DNA of 64,000 bases, taken from assembly GCA_030704615.1 (NCBI GenBank), contig CM060733.1, positions 41,850,001-41,914,000 on the forward strand, in the 5' to 3' direction. This DNA is from Takakia lepidozioides. Its lineage: Eukaryota > Plantae > Bryophyta. A program made the position numbers and the translations under genes. Below the pieces are notes generated by a model. It saw only the letters and a program-made list of their open reading frames with translations, did not search any database and had not been told where the DNA came from. Numbering within the stretch: the first letter of the stretch is position 1; each line of letters opens with the position of its first letter. Below, piece after piece: positions 11,060 through 23,247 of the stretch.

Positions 11060-14000
11060 TTACTGTTTCCGAGTAGCAAACCTTTGTGAGTGAGCTCCTT
11101 GTTGACGTTGAGAGTTTTGTGGCGGGCTGTGTGTACGAGCCCGAGGTCTGTCTCTGGTTGACGGAGATGGTTGATCATTACCTGGATAAGTGAGGCCTTC
11201 TGGAGGCTGATATCGAGGTAATCTTTCCGGCATAGGAGATCCCCTTTGTTTCTTCTCTTCCATCTGAACTGCATAGTCTTCTCCCATGTCAAAAGAATTC
11301 TGTGAAGAAACAGTTGTATCAGAATCCTCATCGCCTCTCAGGTGTTTTAATTTTCGAACTTTTTGTGGAATCATCTGGGGCATACAATGCTGTCCTACCA
11401 TGTCTGGAAGTTTGCATTTTACGACCTGGTGTAACCGTTGAACAGCAAAATTGGTGTAGACACTGAGCTCCTTGTCTGTCCAGATGAGTGGGGTACCAAT
11501 TACTGGTGCAGCGTGCAAGTATTTCCATGCGATATGTCCCTTATAGAAAATGTCATCAAGTCCGAATTTCTGTGTTGACAAATTGTTGCAGGCTGCTTGA
11601 AACCATGAACGAATTTGAGAATCCTTCTGTATCATAACTTTTGGGTCATATAGGTACATATGAGGTGGCACCGAAGGTAATACCCAATGATCTCCACTGG
11701 AGTAACTTTGAAAGCGTGCTTGCATCTTTTGTTGCTCAATGTGGTAACGTATCAGAAAACAAGCAGCGTAGTATAGCCCGCACCCCATGACAATACTTGC
11801 TATCTCCTTGGTCTTGGTATAAATGAGTCCATGTACAACCTGGAAAGCAACCAATTCCCTCAACATGGTACCTGCCTCGTGCCAGTATTGTGCAAAGTGA
11901 TGATCTTCAATATGTCGATTGTTTGGAAGAACTTTAGTCCTGGTTGCCACTGGCAGCCAAATACGCATGATTTGGTAGTAATGTGCGAATGACTGCGGAG
12001 GACTAAATTCTTTCCAAGCCAAATCCAACATGATGGGAATTTGGTTGAAGGGCATAATCATAGCCCTACTGTACTCCCTGGCAGCTGGAGTTTTAGGTGG
12101 GTTAAAAGCTGCATTGCCCCATACCTCCGGCTGTGGTGGCTGTGGTGTGGTTGTAGTAACCACAGGTTCAGCTACTGGTACACTGACCTGTTGTGGTGGT
12201 GGTGGTACTGGTTCCTGTACCATTGGCATCTCCTGCACCTCCTGTGAAGACTGAAAAGCCAGAGTTCTGGCTTGCAAATAAGAAGCCATTAGCTGTTCCT
12301 GAGGGATATAGACTTTTTGGTCGATGTTTGAAGTGAGGTCTTCCACTTGAGTCTGGAGTCCGTCTACATCCTCTTGTAACTCTGCTATCCTACTATAGAC
12401 ATTGTCTATAGTAGTTGTGGCAATGTTCTGCACCTGCAGTCTAAGCTCATTCATCTCGCTTTGGGTGAGCTTCCGTGGGGCTTTGCCCTCTACTGGCCCT
12501 TGTGCTAACCAGACCTGCATAAGGCTGTTATCCACCAAGCTGCTTGTGGTTCCCCTGAGAGTTTGCTCCTCTCTTAGCTTATACAATTCCAACTGTTGTT
12601 GTAAAGCCTCCATGCGCTTCGCCTGTGGCTCAACCAATTGCGCATAGGCAGCAAGTAGATTATTGGCTTCCTTCGAAGCCTTGTTACTGACCGCGATTTC
12701 ATTTCTATTGGCCACGATGGTTTGTTGCAACTCCACGATGTATTTCTCTTGCTCAGCTTCCATCTGCCTGTATTGCTTGAAAGTATCTTCATTGCGACAG
12801 ATTGTATTCTTCATATCGACAATGAGCTTCATTTGCTCCACATTCTCTTCTTCTGCCTTCGTACATTTTTCCGCTTGACTGTTTATTTCTTTTGTTGATT
12901 GGTCAAGCATAGTTGTAAATGTAGCGCATTGTATCGCCATCCTGTTATGCACTGTCTGCAACTCCGTATGTAGTGCATTCAGTTCTTGCAACTTGCTTTC
13001 ATGCTGCACCTGCATTTGGTATAGCTGTTGCTTATGTGCTTCGTGCAACTGGTCTTGCGTGAGGCCTGCCTCAATCAATTGTTGCTTGGCCAATTGCAAA
13101 GCCATTTCTGTATTGGCCAAGTCCTGCTTCATCTTGAGAGTGACCTCTTCATCGACCTTGTTTGCACACTCAGTGGCAAGTCGAGCCTCAAACTCCTTCC
13201 TGAGTTCCTCTTTCAAGGCTGTCAATTGGGTAATTGGAACATGGGTTTTGACATAAGTCCCCAACAAATTAAGTGTCCTGCCTATGGAACTCATCAGCAT
13301 TGCCTGTTGAGGGTCATCATGGTGAGGTTGCTGCTGTTCCTCCTGATCTTCAACAGTATGATGTCTCACTAACCATTCAGACCATTGTCCCACCGGATTT
13401 TCTTCCTGAACTACTTCATTTATGACCGGTGCTACAGTGTCATGGCCTTCCGCCTGTGGTACCTCCGACACAGGTGTGTGCATTATATGTACCTCAGGAT
13501 TTCTCTTGGGCAACTGTTGCACCTCTGGGATTTCTGTCTCCTTGACCAGACCAGAATATTCATAGAGAAGGTCCCCTTTCTCTATTTCTGCCACTATCTG
13601 TTCTGTAGTTGGAATATCTATCCCTTCACTTTCCAAATCAATTATTTCGGGTTGAGCTGCATGGATAACTTGTGACCTTTTGACAAGTCGTTCAAGTGGC
13701 TGTGTTGGTTGTGATGCAGAAGTAACTTCTTCCTCCCTCTCTGAAGGTCCTGCTTCCAGTAATAACATTCTTTTGTGCTGCTGTGCCCCTTCCTGGTCAT
13801 GAGCTTGGGAAACATTATCATGCGGAATCCGTGAAGCCAGTGGATCTGCCACTACAGTCTTTCCCCTTCTCTGCCTCTTAGTCTCGGGTTGTGCTGCTAG
13901 TCCACCCTCACTGTGTGAAGAGCCTTGCTCTTCCATTGCAGTTGTTTCTGGCTCAAACACTCCCATTTCTTTCCTTTCTTGTGCATTAAGTATGCGAGAA

Positions 14001-15274
14001 TCAAGGATTATTTGAGCAATGATTGGGCCAGACACTATGATAGGAGATTTTGCGGTAGTACCTTGTAATCTTTTCATCTCCTCTACCAGTGCGTTGTACA
14101 TTATGTCCGCCCATTGTACCTCTTGTCCCTTCAAGCCTTTGAGGATTTCCTCTGTGAAGGATCTGCTCAAATATTGTTGGTTCTCTTTCAGGGCAATCAG
14201 AACGTTCAATACTTGGCCTATGTCTTTTAACCCTGGGTACACAGCTTTGGTACAAGCATAACCCTGAGTTTTAAAGAAACTCCCTTCTTGGAATAAATCC
14301 CCTATTTGCAGTCTTGCCCTGTGTTTCTCCACATGCACTTGACCTGCTGGCAATCGAAACAATTGCTGGAGGTATAGGGGAGTAATCATTAATTCAACTC
14401 CCTTCACCGTTGTTGTTCCTGTCTTTGGCTCAAAGTTCTGCAAAAATTGTAACATGTACTGTCTATGGTGTAGTGTCCAATCCATGCTTTGCAATCCTTC
14501 CAATCTCAGCTCCTTCAGTATCTTTATCGCCTGTGGGGTAGCCATCGTTTGTTTCTGCAGAATTGTGGTGCTCTTCACCCTGATTTCCTCCATTCCTCTC
14601 ACTCTCTTCATCTTAGACTCACAGAACTGCTTTGGCTGTAACAACTGCAGGAATGCCTGTAGTGCACAAAGCATAAACGTATGGTTGCCGCAGAAAGCTA
14701 TGGGTAATCTCTTGTAAGCCTGCGGGGCTTGCAAGCATTGCTCAAGAGAAAAGCTCTGCTCTGTCGTTTCGTGTCTATGCCACTGCGTAAGTAATATTGC
14801 GAGCGTATAGTCTGTTAGTTCCTCCATAGTTTCCAAGTTATAGCATTTATGGCCTGTCCTGTCGAGACGCCCGTTACTCAGAACGACGCCGCCTCTTGCG
14901 CTCAATTTCCCTCCATTTTCTTGATCATTTTTCTGGTTTTCTATTGGCTGTATCTGCTGTGACTGGATTTTAACTTTTATCTTCTTTAGTGGACTTTCCC
15001 TGTTGGATAGTCCACTAGGATCACACATGCGACATGAATTCGGCTTTTGTGTACTTGCCGTTCGTTCCGTTTCCCTTTTTCCGTATTCATTAATGGGCCC
15101 GCCTTTCATCCCTTTTGACGGCCGTTCTTGTCCTCTTTCTTTTTGACACCTGTCCTTGCACTTCATTCTCTGCTGTGTGTCGCACCCTGACCTCCACGTG
15201 TCTATTTTTAAATTAATTTCCGTTTCTTCTTCCTTCAGCCATTTTCCTGAAGTTTTTATGTGTCCACTTGTCAC
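11060..15274 (-). CDS. Family A 3' extra ORF, intact; true start probably near 14827 or further downstream. N-terminal region resembles the plant retroelement extra-ORF ('putative plant transposon protein') domain, followed by a coiled coil
   Basis: 1404-aa open frame; YMLQFLQNF..TVKGVELMITPLYLQQLFRLP; long heptad-rich segment. Confidence 0.75.
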   Translation of the reverse strand: MTSGHIKTSGKWLKEEETEINLKIDTWRSGCDTQQRMKCKDRCQKERGQERPSKGMKGGPINEYGKRETERTASTQKPNSCRMCDPSGLSNRESPLKKIKVKIQSQQIQPIENQKNDQENGGKLSARGGVVLSNGRLDRTGHKCYNLETMEELTDYTLAILLTQWHRHETTEQSFSLEQCLQAPQAYKRLPIAFCGNHTFMLCALQAFLQLLQPKQFCESKMKRVRGMEEIRVKSTTILQKQTMATPQAIKILKELRLEGLQSMDWTLHHRQYMLQFLQNFEPKTGTTTVKGVELMITPLYLQQLFRLPAGQVHVEKHRARLQIGDLFQEGSFFKTQGYACTKAVYPGLKDIGQVLNVLIALKENQQYLSRSFTEEILKGLKGQEVQWADIMYNALVEEMKRLQGTTAKSPIIVSGPIIAQIILDSRILNAQERKEMGVFEPETTAMEEQGSSHSEGGLAAQPETKRQRRGKTVVADPLASRIPHDNVSQAHDQEGAQQHKRMLLLEAGPSEREEEVTSASQPTQPLERLVKRSQVIHAAQPEIIDLESEGIDIPTTEQIVAEIEKGDLLYEYSGLVKETEIPEVQQLPKRNPEVHIMHTPVSEVPQAEGHDTVAPVINEVVQEENPVGQWSEWLVRHHTVEDQEEQQQPHHDDPQQAMLMSSIGRTLNLLGTYVKTHVPITQLTALKEELRKEFEARLATECANKVDEEVTLKMKQDLANTEMALQLAKQQLIEAGLTQDQLHEAHKQQLYQMQVQHESKLQELNALHTELQTVHNRMAIQCATFTTMLDQSTKEINSQAEKCTKAEEENVEQMKLIVDMKNTICRNEDTFKQYRQMEAEQEKYIVELQQTIVANRNEIAVSNKASKEANNLLAAYAQLVEPQAKRMEALQQQLELYKLREEQTLRGTTSSLVDNSLMQVWLAQGPVEGKAPRKLTQSEMNELRLQVQNIATTTIDNVYSRIAELQEDVDGLQTQVEDLTSNIDQKVYIPQEQLMASYLQARTLAFQSSQEVQEMPMVQEPVPPPPQQVSVPVAEPVVTTTTPQPPQPEVWGNAAFNPPKTPAAREYSRAMIMPFNQIPIMLDLAWKEFSPPQSFAHYYQIMRIWLPVATRTKVLPNNRHIEDHHFAQYWHEAGTMLRELVAFQVVHGLIYTKTKEIASIVMGCGLYYAACFLIRYHIEQQKMQARFQSYSSGDHWVLPSVPPHMYLYDPKVMIQKDSQIRSWFQAACNNLSTQKFGLDDIFYKGHIAWKYLHAAPVIGTPLIWTDKELSVYTNFAVQRLHQVVKCKLPDMVGQHCMPQMIPQKVRKLKHLRGDEDSDTTVSSQNSFDMGEDYAVQMEEKKQRGSPMPERLPRYQPPEGLTYPGNDQPSPSTRDRPRARTHSPPQNSQRQQGAHSQRFATRKQ

Positions 15275-15309
15275 TGATTCTATGGATCGTGTAACTTTAG
15301 TAGGCTTTG

Positions 15310-15706
15310 TTGAGCTGTGACAGGCTGTGTCATACTGTGTTATGCTGTGATAGGCTGTGTTGCACTGTGGTAAGCTGTGATAGGCTGTGACACGCTGCGG
15401 TAGGTTGTGATAGGCTGTGTTGCGCCTTGCTGGGTTGTGGTTGGCTGTGTCACGTCGTGACGGGCTGTGGTAGGCTGTGTTGCGCCTTGCTGGGCTGTGG
15501 TTGGCTGTGTCACGTCGTAACGGGCTGTGATAGGCTGTGTCACGCCGTGCTGGGCTGTGTCATGCTGGCTGTGATAGGCTGTGTCACGCCGTGATGGCTG
15601 TGATAGGCTGTGTCACGCCGTGATGGGCTGTGATAGGCTGTGTCACGCTGTGCTGGGCTGTGATAGGCTGTGTCACGCCGTGATGGGCTGTGATAGGCTG
15701 TGTCAC
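15310..15706 (-). repeat. ~30-bp tandem repeat (cgtgacacagcctatcacagcccatcacgg) at the end of pol
   Basis: Directly visible; also present at ~58565-58806. Confidence 0.9.
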
Positions 15707-18700
15707 GTTTGTTTTGCCCACCCCGGTCATATATACTGGGCCTAGCGACAAGTGTTCCATACTCCGTTCGTAACACTGGTGCAGCCCGTGACTGCTCTTG
15801 CGGTTCAACATGCAAATCATGCTGCAGGGGTTTGTCATGGATACCACTGTACCCCTTCAACTTATTTGCATTGACTCTTCCCAGCATTTCTTTGTTAATG
15901 GTTTGTAACATGGCTGTGTTGTTATCATACATCTTTTGTATGACATAAGGTCCTTTCCATGGTGATTTAAGCTTAGAAGCTTGAATCTTTCCTTTCTTTT
16001 GCAACCATAGAACCAAATCCCCCGTCTTAAAAGTCTTTAACTTGCCTTCATCAAACTGTTCCTTTCGCTTCATCTGAATCCTGGTCATATTATCAGCTGC
16101 ATCAGCACGTATTTCTTCCACATGGTATAATTCATGTTTCCTGACCTTGATGGAGTCTTGCAATTCCATTCTTTTTCCCCACTCCGTTCTCATGGTAGGT
16201 AACAGGAATTCCACTGGAAGTAAGGCTTCCATACCATAAACTAATTGGAATGGTGTATACTTTGTGGTGACTTTATACGAAGTCCTGTATGACCATAAAG
16301 CTGTCAGCAGCTTTGTATCCCAATCCGTTCTGTTTGCATTGACTATCTTAGCCAAGATAGTACATAGTATTTTGTTGGTAGCCTCTGCCTGTCCATTACC
16401 CTGTGGGTAATATGTTGTACTCTTTCTATGCACAATCATAAACTCTTTAGTCAATAACTCAATGGTCTCATTCATGAAGTGACTTCCTTGATCACTGATA
16501 AATTCTAAGGGACATCCAAATCGTGTAAGTATGTTCTCGTACAGGAACCTTGCTGTGGACTTGGCTGTGTTGTCCCTCAAAGCTTTAGCTTCCACCCACT
16601 TTGTAGTATAATCAGTGGCTGTAATTATGTACCTGTTTTGTGTATTCTTGGATGGTGGATTAATTGGTCCAACAAAGTCTAGTCCCCATTTCTGAAATGG
16701 TTCCGTAGGCATTGTAGGATGCAAGGCCATTCTTCCAGATCTCTGCAAAGGTCCTAGCCTCTGACATTCATCACACTTCTGACAATACTCATGTACATCT
16801 TTGAACAAAGTAGGCCACCAGTATCCTGCGAGTAGTATCTTTCTACTGGTAGTCTCTTCTCCAAAATGACCTCCAGCCACTCCTTTATGAACTTCCTCCA
16901 AGACTTTATTTACTTCATGGTGGTACAAGCATCGTTTTAGTACCCATCTGGTCCTAACTTATACATTCTGCTTCCTACCATAGTATAAGGTAAAGCTTTG
17001 ATAGCGATTCTCTTCCTCTGCTCCTTACCATAACTAGGTGGGCACTGACCATGAGCAAGGTAGTATCTGATTGGCCACTGCCAATCTAACCATTCATCTG
17101 CACTTCCTTGCACCTCCATTACAAATAAACTCGCATCAGGTAACTGATCGTCCACTCCTGTGGCGGCCTCTCCTGTTGTTAGTCGTGACAAATGATCTGC
17201 CACAAGATGCAAACGGCCAGGCTTGTAAATAACCTCGAACTCAAACTCATGCAAGATTATTAACCACCTCGCTATCCTTCCACTTATCAAAGGTTTGTTC
17301 ACCAGATATATCAGAGCCTGGTGATCCACATAAAACATAAACTTTCTTCCCAATAGGTAATGCCTGAATTTCTTCACTGCATAGATCATTGCCAATGCTT
17401 CCCTTTCCGTTGTGCTATAGTTCCTCTCAGCACTGTTCATCAACCGGCTAGCATAGTACACAGGTGAATCTATATTCCCTGTAACATTCTGGGCTAACAC
17501 CGCTCCCAACGCTTCTCCTGATGCATCGCAGTGAACATGAAATACTACATGCCAGTGAGGGTTAATTAGCACAGGTGTAGTTGTTACTGACAGTGTAAGT
17601 TCCTCAAACGCCTGTTGACATTCAGCTGTCCATGCAAACACTGCATCTTTCTTCAGAAGCTTGCTCAATGGTGCTGCTATTTGTGCATACCTTTTGACAA
17701 ATCTTCTGTAATAACTGGTTTGCCCAAGGAATCTCCTCAAACTCTTAACATTCACTGGTGGTGGAGAGGCTTTAATGGACTCTGTCTTCCTGGGATCCAC
17801 AAGGAGTCCCTTCTTACACACAATGTGTCCCAGAAGCACCCCTGAGTTCACACAGAAAGTACACTTCTCTGGGTTCAAGCCCAGACCTCTCATCCTGCAT
17901 CTGGCCAGGCATAACTCCAATTTATGCAAGTGCTCATTCTTAGAGCTGTACACACTGAAATCATCCAAAAACACCTGCATGAAATCATCCAGATACTCTT
18001 GAAAAGATTCACTTATCACTCTCTGAAAGGTCGCTGGTGCATTACAAAGTCCAAAGGGCATGACTTTGTATGCATAAGCCCCCCAGTCTGTGATGAAAGC
18101 TGTTTTCCCTTGGTCTTCTTCTGCCACTTGCACTTGATTATAACCACTGAAGCCATCCATGAATGAGTACATCTCATGGCCTGCCACAGTGTCTAATACT
18201 GCTTCTGTGAATGGCAAAGGGAAAGGATCTTTCTTCGTACAAGCATTCAGCTTCTTATAGTTCACACATACTCTTAGTTTGCCATTCTTCTTGGGAACTA
18301 TAACAATGGGTGACAACCAAGTTGTATACTCTATTGGGTATATAAACTTAGCCTCAGCCAACTTCTTTATCTCTTCTCCAACCTTCTGTGCGTAGTTGGG
18401 ATTCATTCTATACCTCGCCTGCTTGATTGGTACTGACCCTGGTTCCAGTTCAATTTTATGCTGACAGACTTCAGGTGGTATCCCTTTTAGATCCTCATAG
18501 CTCCAAGCAAATACATCTCTGTATTTGATGAACAAGCTTTTAGCTTCTTCGAAGAATTCCGGCTCCAAATCAGCTCCTACTTTCACCATCCTCGGTTCCT
18601 CCTGAGTTCCCACATTTACTTCTCTCACCTGCTCATCAGCTGTGATTGTCCAACCAGTCACCACTTCATCCTGTAAGCTCACAGTGGCTGGTTCTTCTAG

Positions 18701-19631
18701 GATTTCTATTTCTCCTTCTCTTTCTTCATAGAAATGTGATGGGTAAATGCTGGTTTCTTCTTCAGTTGGTGTTGCTGTCACTACACCACAGCAGATACCT
18801 CTCAAACAACTTAGGCTTTCCAGCCGCATCTCTGCAACCTGCTCCCACTCTGGGTGTGCAGCAAATAGGGTAGCTTCCTGCTCCTCATCCAGTCCTCCTC
18901 TCCAGTCATACTCTCTGACTCCTCGAGGTCTTCTTGTAGCAGGTAATCTACTAGATTTCTTTGTGGTAATTTGTATCTCGTGTATCCCATTATGCACAGG
19001 TTAGTAACTGAGAATTCCAGTCATGGAATACCCTGGCCTGTTTCAGCCACGGACGTCCCAATAATAAGGAGTAAGCCTCCATGACTTCATCCATTTTTAA
19101 TACAGTTACTGTGATCATAAAGATCATTTTCTGTATCTGTATCTTAACTCCTCTTATTAATCCCAATGGCTGCACACTTCTTTGATCTGCCATTGTTACT
19201 GTAAATGGGGCTGGTTTCATGTTACTTAGACCAAGCTTCTTCCTTAATTGGTCTGTCATGATATTTACTCCAGAACCACCATCTATCAGTACATCAGTTA
19301 GTTCTGTGCTTCCAATTCTCAATTGGATTACTGGCATAGAATCATCAAAGTCCATGACTGGTTCTCGCCCTTCCGGCTTCACATTATAACTGGTCACCTT
19401 GCTGTTCAGGTCTGTGTTTCCTGTCTCTTGGGCAATTCGATTGATTGCTTGATACAGCCTGTGCCTACAATAAGGTGCCACAGCTAATAGCTGTCCAATG
19501 GTAATTTCTGCTTTGGTCTGACATATTACTTCAGCCAAAGTCTCTTCATTACTTTGCATGTCTGCATCTTCTTTTTTCCTTTCTTCCTCACTCCCCTCTT
19601 TTTCTCCATCCGAATCAGAGGAATCTGCCAC
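15540..19631 (-). pseudogene. Family A pol (protease, RT, RNase H, integrase) split by frameshifts
   Basis: LIDGGSGVNI; FLDD; HCDASGEALG; HHCC H..GH..CDEC; WGLDFVGP, SDQGSHF, GQAE; GPY motif; no chromodomain and no extra archaeal-type RNase H seen. Confidence 0.9.
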
Positions 19632-21006
19632 AGGAATATCCGTACTCTTTGCATTTCCCTTATAGTATCTGCCACTTCCTTGTGCAGTTCCTTCTCATCT
19701 TTCCAAGTCTCTTCATCTTCAGGCATATCATTGCCACTTCCAGTCTCATCTTCTTCCTCTTCTACTGGAGGTATTAGTTTGGCTTTACTTCTTGTTACTA
19801 TCATTGTACTTACTTCTGGTACAACACATGGCCTAACCATGTGAGCTGCCACCACTGGGCCCTCATTCACAGGAGCTCTCATCTCATTCTGGTTCTTATC
19901 CAGAATGAACAGGCTGCCTTGCGATGTCCTGGCTGATTACAATAGTAACATAGCTCTTCACCATTGGGTCCTCGCCCTTGGTCTGTTCTTGGATTATTTC
20001 TATAATCCTGATTCCCGGGCTGGTAATTCCCCCTTGGATTACCCTGATAGTTGCCTCTGGAATTTCCTTGGTAATTCCCTCTTGATTACCTCTCCCTTCC
20101 ATGCCATTGTTATAACCACCAGACCTACCATAGTGGTCCTGATCATTGCTTCTTCTTGGCTGGGCTGCACCTGATGCACCCTTACTTGCCTAGGTTCTCT
20201 TGCAGCTGTCCTTCTGTTGTAGTAACAATTCTCAGTAGAATGGTTATCCATTTTACAGATAGTACAGTGTTTCTCCTTCATGTGGCATTCTGTAGTGGTA
20301 TGGCCTTCATTCTGGCACTTTGCACACCATACACCCTTCCTCCAATGTGTTGCAGCCTCTGTGGCATACTTCTTCAAGATTTCTTCCAATCTTTTCTCAT
20401 AGTTATCCCTCTTCATCTTTTCCTTTCTCTTACTCTTTCTTTTTAGTTCTTGCTCTTCTTCTTCATCTGACTCATCTCAGAGTCCTCATCTTCCTTTTTC
20501 TCTCTCCTGAGCATTCCCAATTGCTCAATTCTGTTTGCAGTTTCAAATGCCTCCTCCACTGTATTATGGGGTAACATATCCACTTTCTTTCTTCTGCAAC
20601 TCTGGTCTTAGTCCACTCACAAACCAAGTCTTCTGTAAACCGGGTGCTGGTACTGCAGCCAGCTTTTTCATCATCAATTCCATCTTCTCCATATACTCTT
20701 CAACAGTTTCATGCTTCTTCTGCTTCAGCTGTTGTAAACTTCCATACACTTCATCCTCAGTTTTACTTGTCCTGAACCTATTTCGAAATGATGTATTCAA
20801 GCCATTCCAGGTTAGGAAATGATTATCAGGGAATCTTGCATACCATTCACTTGCTTTCTTGATAAGTGAACAAGGAAACAGTCTCATCTTGGCATCATCG
20901 CCATTCTCATTGTTCACTATACACATGTGCTCAAATTGGCTAATGTGTACATCGGGATCCCCTTTTCCTGAATATATTGGAAAGGGTGGTTTTGCCCGTG
21001 TTGGTT

Positions 21007-21506
21007 NNNNNNNNNNNNNNNNNNNNNNNNNNNNNNNNNNNNNNNNNNNNNNNNNNNNNNNNNNNNNNNNNNNNNNNNNNNNNNNNNNNNNNNNNNNNNN
21101 NNNNNNNNNNNNNNNNNNNNNNNNNNNNNNNNNNNNNNNNNNNNNNNNNNNNNNNNNNNNNNNNNNNNNNNNNNNNNNNNNNNNNNNNNNNNNNNNNNNN
21201 NNNNNNNNNNNNNNNNNNNNNNNNNNNNNNNNNNNNNNNNNNNNNNNNNNNNNNNNNNNNNNNNNNNNNNNNNNNNNNNNNNNNNNNNNNNNNNNNNNNN
21301 NNNNNNNNNNNNNNNNNNNNNNNNNNNNNNNNNNNNNNNNNNNNNNNNNNNNNNNNNNNNNNNNNNNNNNNNNNNNNNNNNNNNNNNNNNNNNNNNNNNN
21401 NNNNNNNNNNNNNNNNNNNNNNNNNNNNNNNNNNNNNNNNNNNNNNNNNNNNNNNNNNNNNNNNNNNNNNNNNNNNNNNNNNNNNNNNNNNNNNNNNNNN
21501 NNNNNN
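21007..21506. other. Assembly gap (500 N) with ~880 bp duplicated on either side
   Basis: 20126-21006 is nearly identical to 21507-22385. Confidence 0.95.
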
Positions 21507-23226
21507 TACCAGAGTGGTCCTGATCATTGCTTCTTCTTGGCTGGGGCTGCACCTGATGCACCCTCACTTGCCTAGGTTCTCTTGCAGCTGTCCTTCTGTT
21601 GTAGTAACAATTCTCAGTAGAATGGTTATCCATTTTACAGATAGTACAGTGTTTCTCCTTCATGTGGCATTCTGTAGTGGTATGGCCTTCATTCTGGCAC
21701 TTTGCACACCATACACCCTTCCTCCAATGTGTTGCAGCCTCTGTGGCATACTTCTTCAAGATTTCTTCCAATCTTTTCTCATAGTTATCCCTCTTCAACT
21801 TTTCCTTTCTCTTACTCTTTCTTTTTAGTTCTTGCTCTTCTTCTTCATCTGACTCATCTTCAGAGTCCTCATCTTCCTTTTTCTCTCTCCTGAGCATTCC
21901 CAATTGCTCAATTCTGTTTGCAGTTTCAAATGCCTCCTCCACTGTATTATGGGGTAACATATCCACTTTCTTCTGCAACTCTGGTCTTAGTCCACTCACA
22001 AACCAAGTCTTCTGTAAACCGGGTGCTGGTACTGCAGCCAGCTTTTTCATCATCAATTCCATCTTCTCCATATACTCTTCAACAGTTTCATGCTTCTTCT
22101 GCTTCAGCTGTTGTAAACTTCCATACACTTCATCCTCAGTTTTACTTGTCCTGAACCTATTTCGAAATGCTGTATTCAAGCCATTCCAGGTTAGGAAATG
22201 ATTATCAGGGAATCTTGCATACCATTCACTTGCTTTCTTGATAAGTGAACAAGGAAACAGTCTCATCTTGGCATCATCGCCATTCTCATTGTTCACTATA
22301 CACATGTGCTCAAATTGGCTAATGTGTACATCGGGATCCCCTTTTCCTGAATATATTGGAAATGGTGGTTTTGCCCGTGTTGGTTGTAACGCCATCTGTG
22401 GCCCTACCTTCTGCCCACTGACAGGTGCTGGCACCCTTGCTGGTGCTGGTCCTTCTGGACCTGTTGTTTTTGTGGTGGATCTTCCACCAAGTGGTGGCCC
22501 TTGAGCACTCCCTGCTTCTGGCCCCACGATATTCACAGTATTCCCAGCTTCAGTTGCACTACTTCCCACACTCCCTGTCCCCCCAGAGCCAGATCCAGGC
22601 AGCCCGCCTGATCCCCCTGAGCCGACACCTTCGTTGGCCTGTGATCCAAGTGCTCCACTTGATCCAGGTCCAACGGGTTGGGATGTCCTGGTTGTAGTCT
22701 CAACCTCAGCTGTTGGGTCCACTTCTTCATATTCTTCCTCTTCCAATTTCTTCTCTCTGTTTTCATCCTCCAAGTTCTGCCCTTGGGTTTCTTCTTCACT
22801 CATGTAACTCAACTGTAATGGTGTTGGAGAGTCTGAACTCTCCGTTGGCTCTGCCACATCCTCTTCTCCTTCTTCATCTTCTGCTTCAGAAACTGGAGTT
22901 CCTGCTTTTGGTGTTCCATGCCAACTCTTATCAAAGATTTCTGTCAAATCTTTTATCCAAGGATGTACCTCAGATCTTTCACCTCGTGATTGATCTTCTT
23001 TCTGTACCAATTCCCTTAATCTTTCTTGCAAAGAAACAGAAGGAGTGGCATCCAACTCTAGTTCTTCCGGTATAGGTGATGCACTTTTTGATCTTAATGG
23101 TGTGAGAGGTCCAGATGATTCCCCTATGTCTATTCCTCTCTCCCAAAGATATGGATAATTAGCTTTCAGATAGCTTTCTCTTTTTGCTGAATATCTTTGT
23201 CGTCTAGCTTCTCTTTCATCACTCAT
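21507..23226 (-). CDS. Family A gag (continues, frameshifted, in 19526-21006)
   Basis: YSGKGDPDVHISQF..KMRLFPCSLIKKASEWY capsid; knuckles CAKCQNEGHTTTEC and CTICKMDNHSTENC. Confidence 0.85.
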
Positions 23227-23247
23227 GTCCCATGTCTTTCATTTCTT

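Noticed and set aside
11060-15274. Retroviral env gene
   Set aside because: The position fits, but I see no clear signal peptide or transmembrane anchor; the protein is mainly coiled coil
20859-21828. Long ORFs spanning X runs
   Set aside because: Artefacts of the N gap
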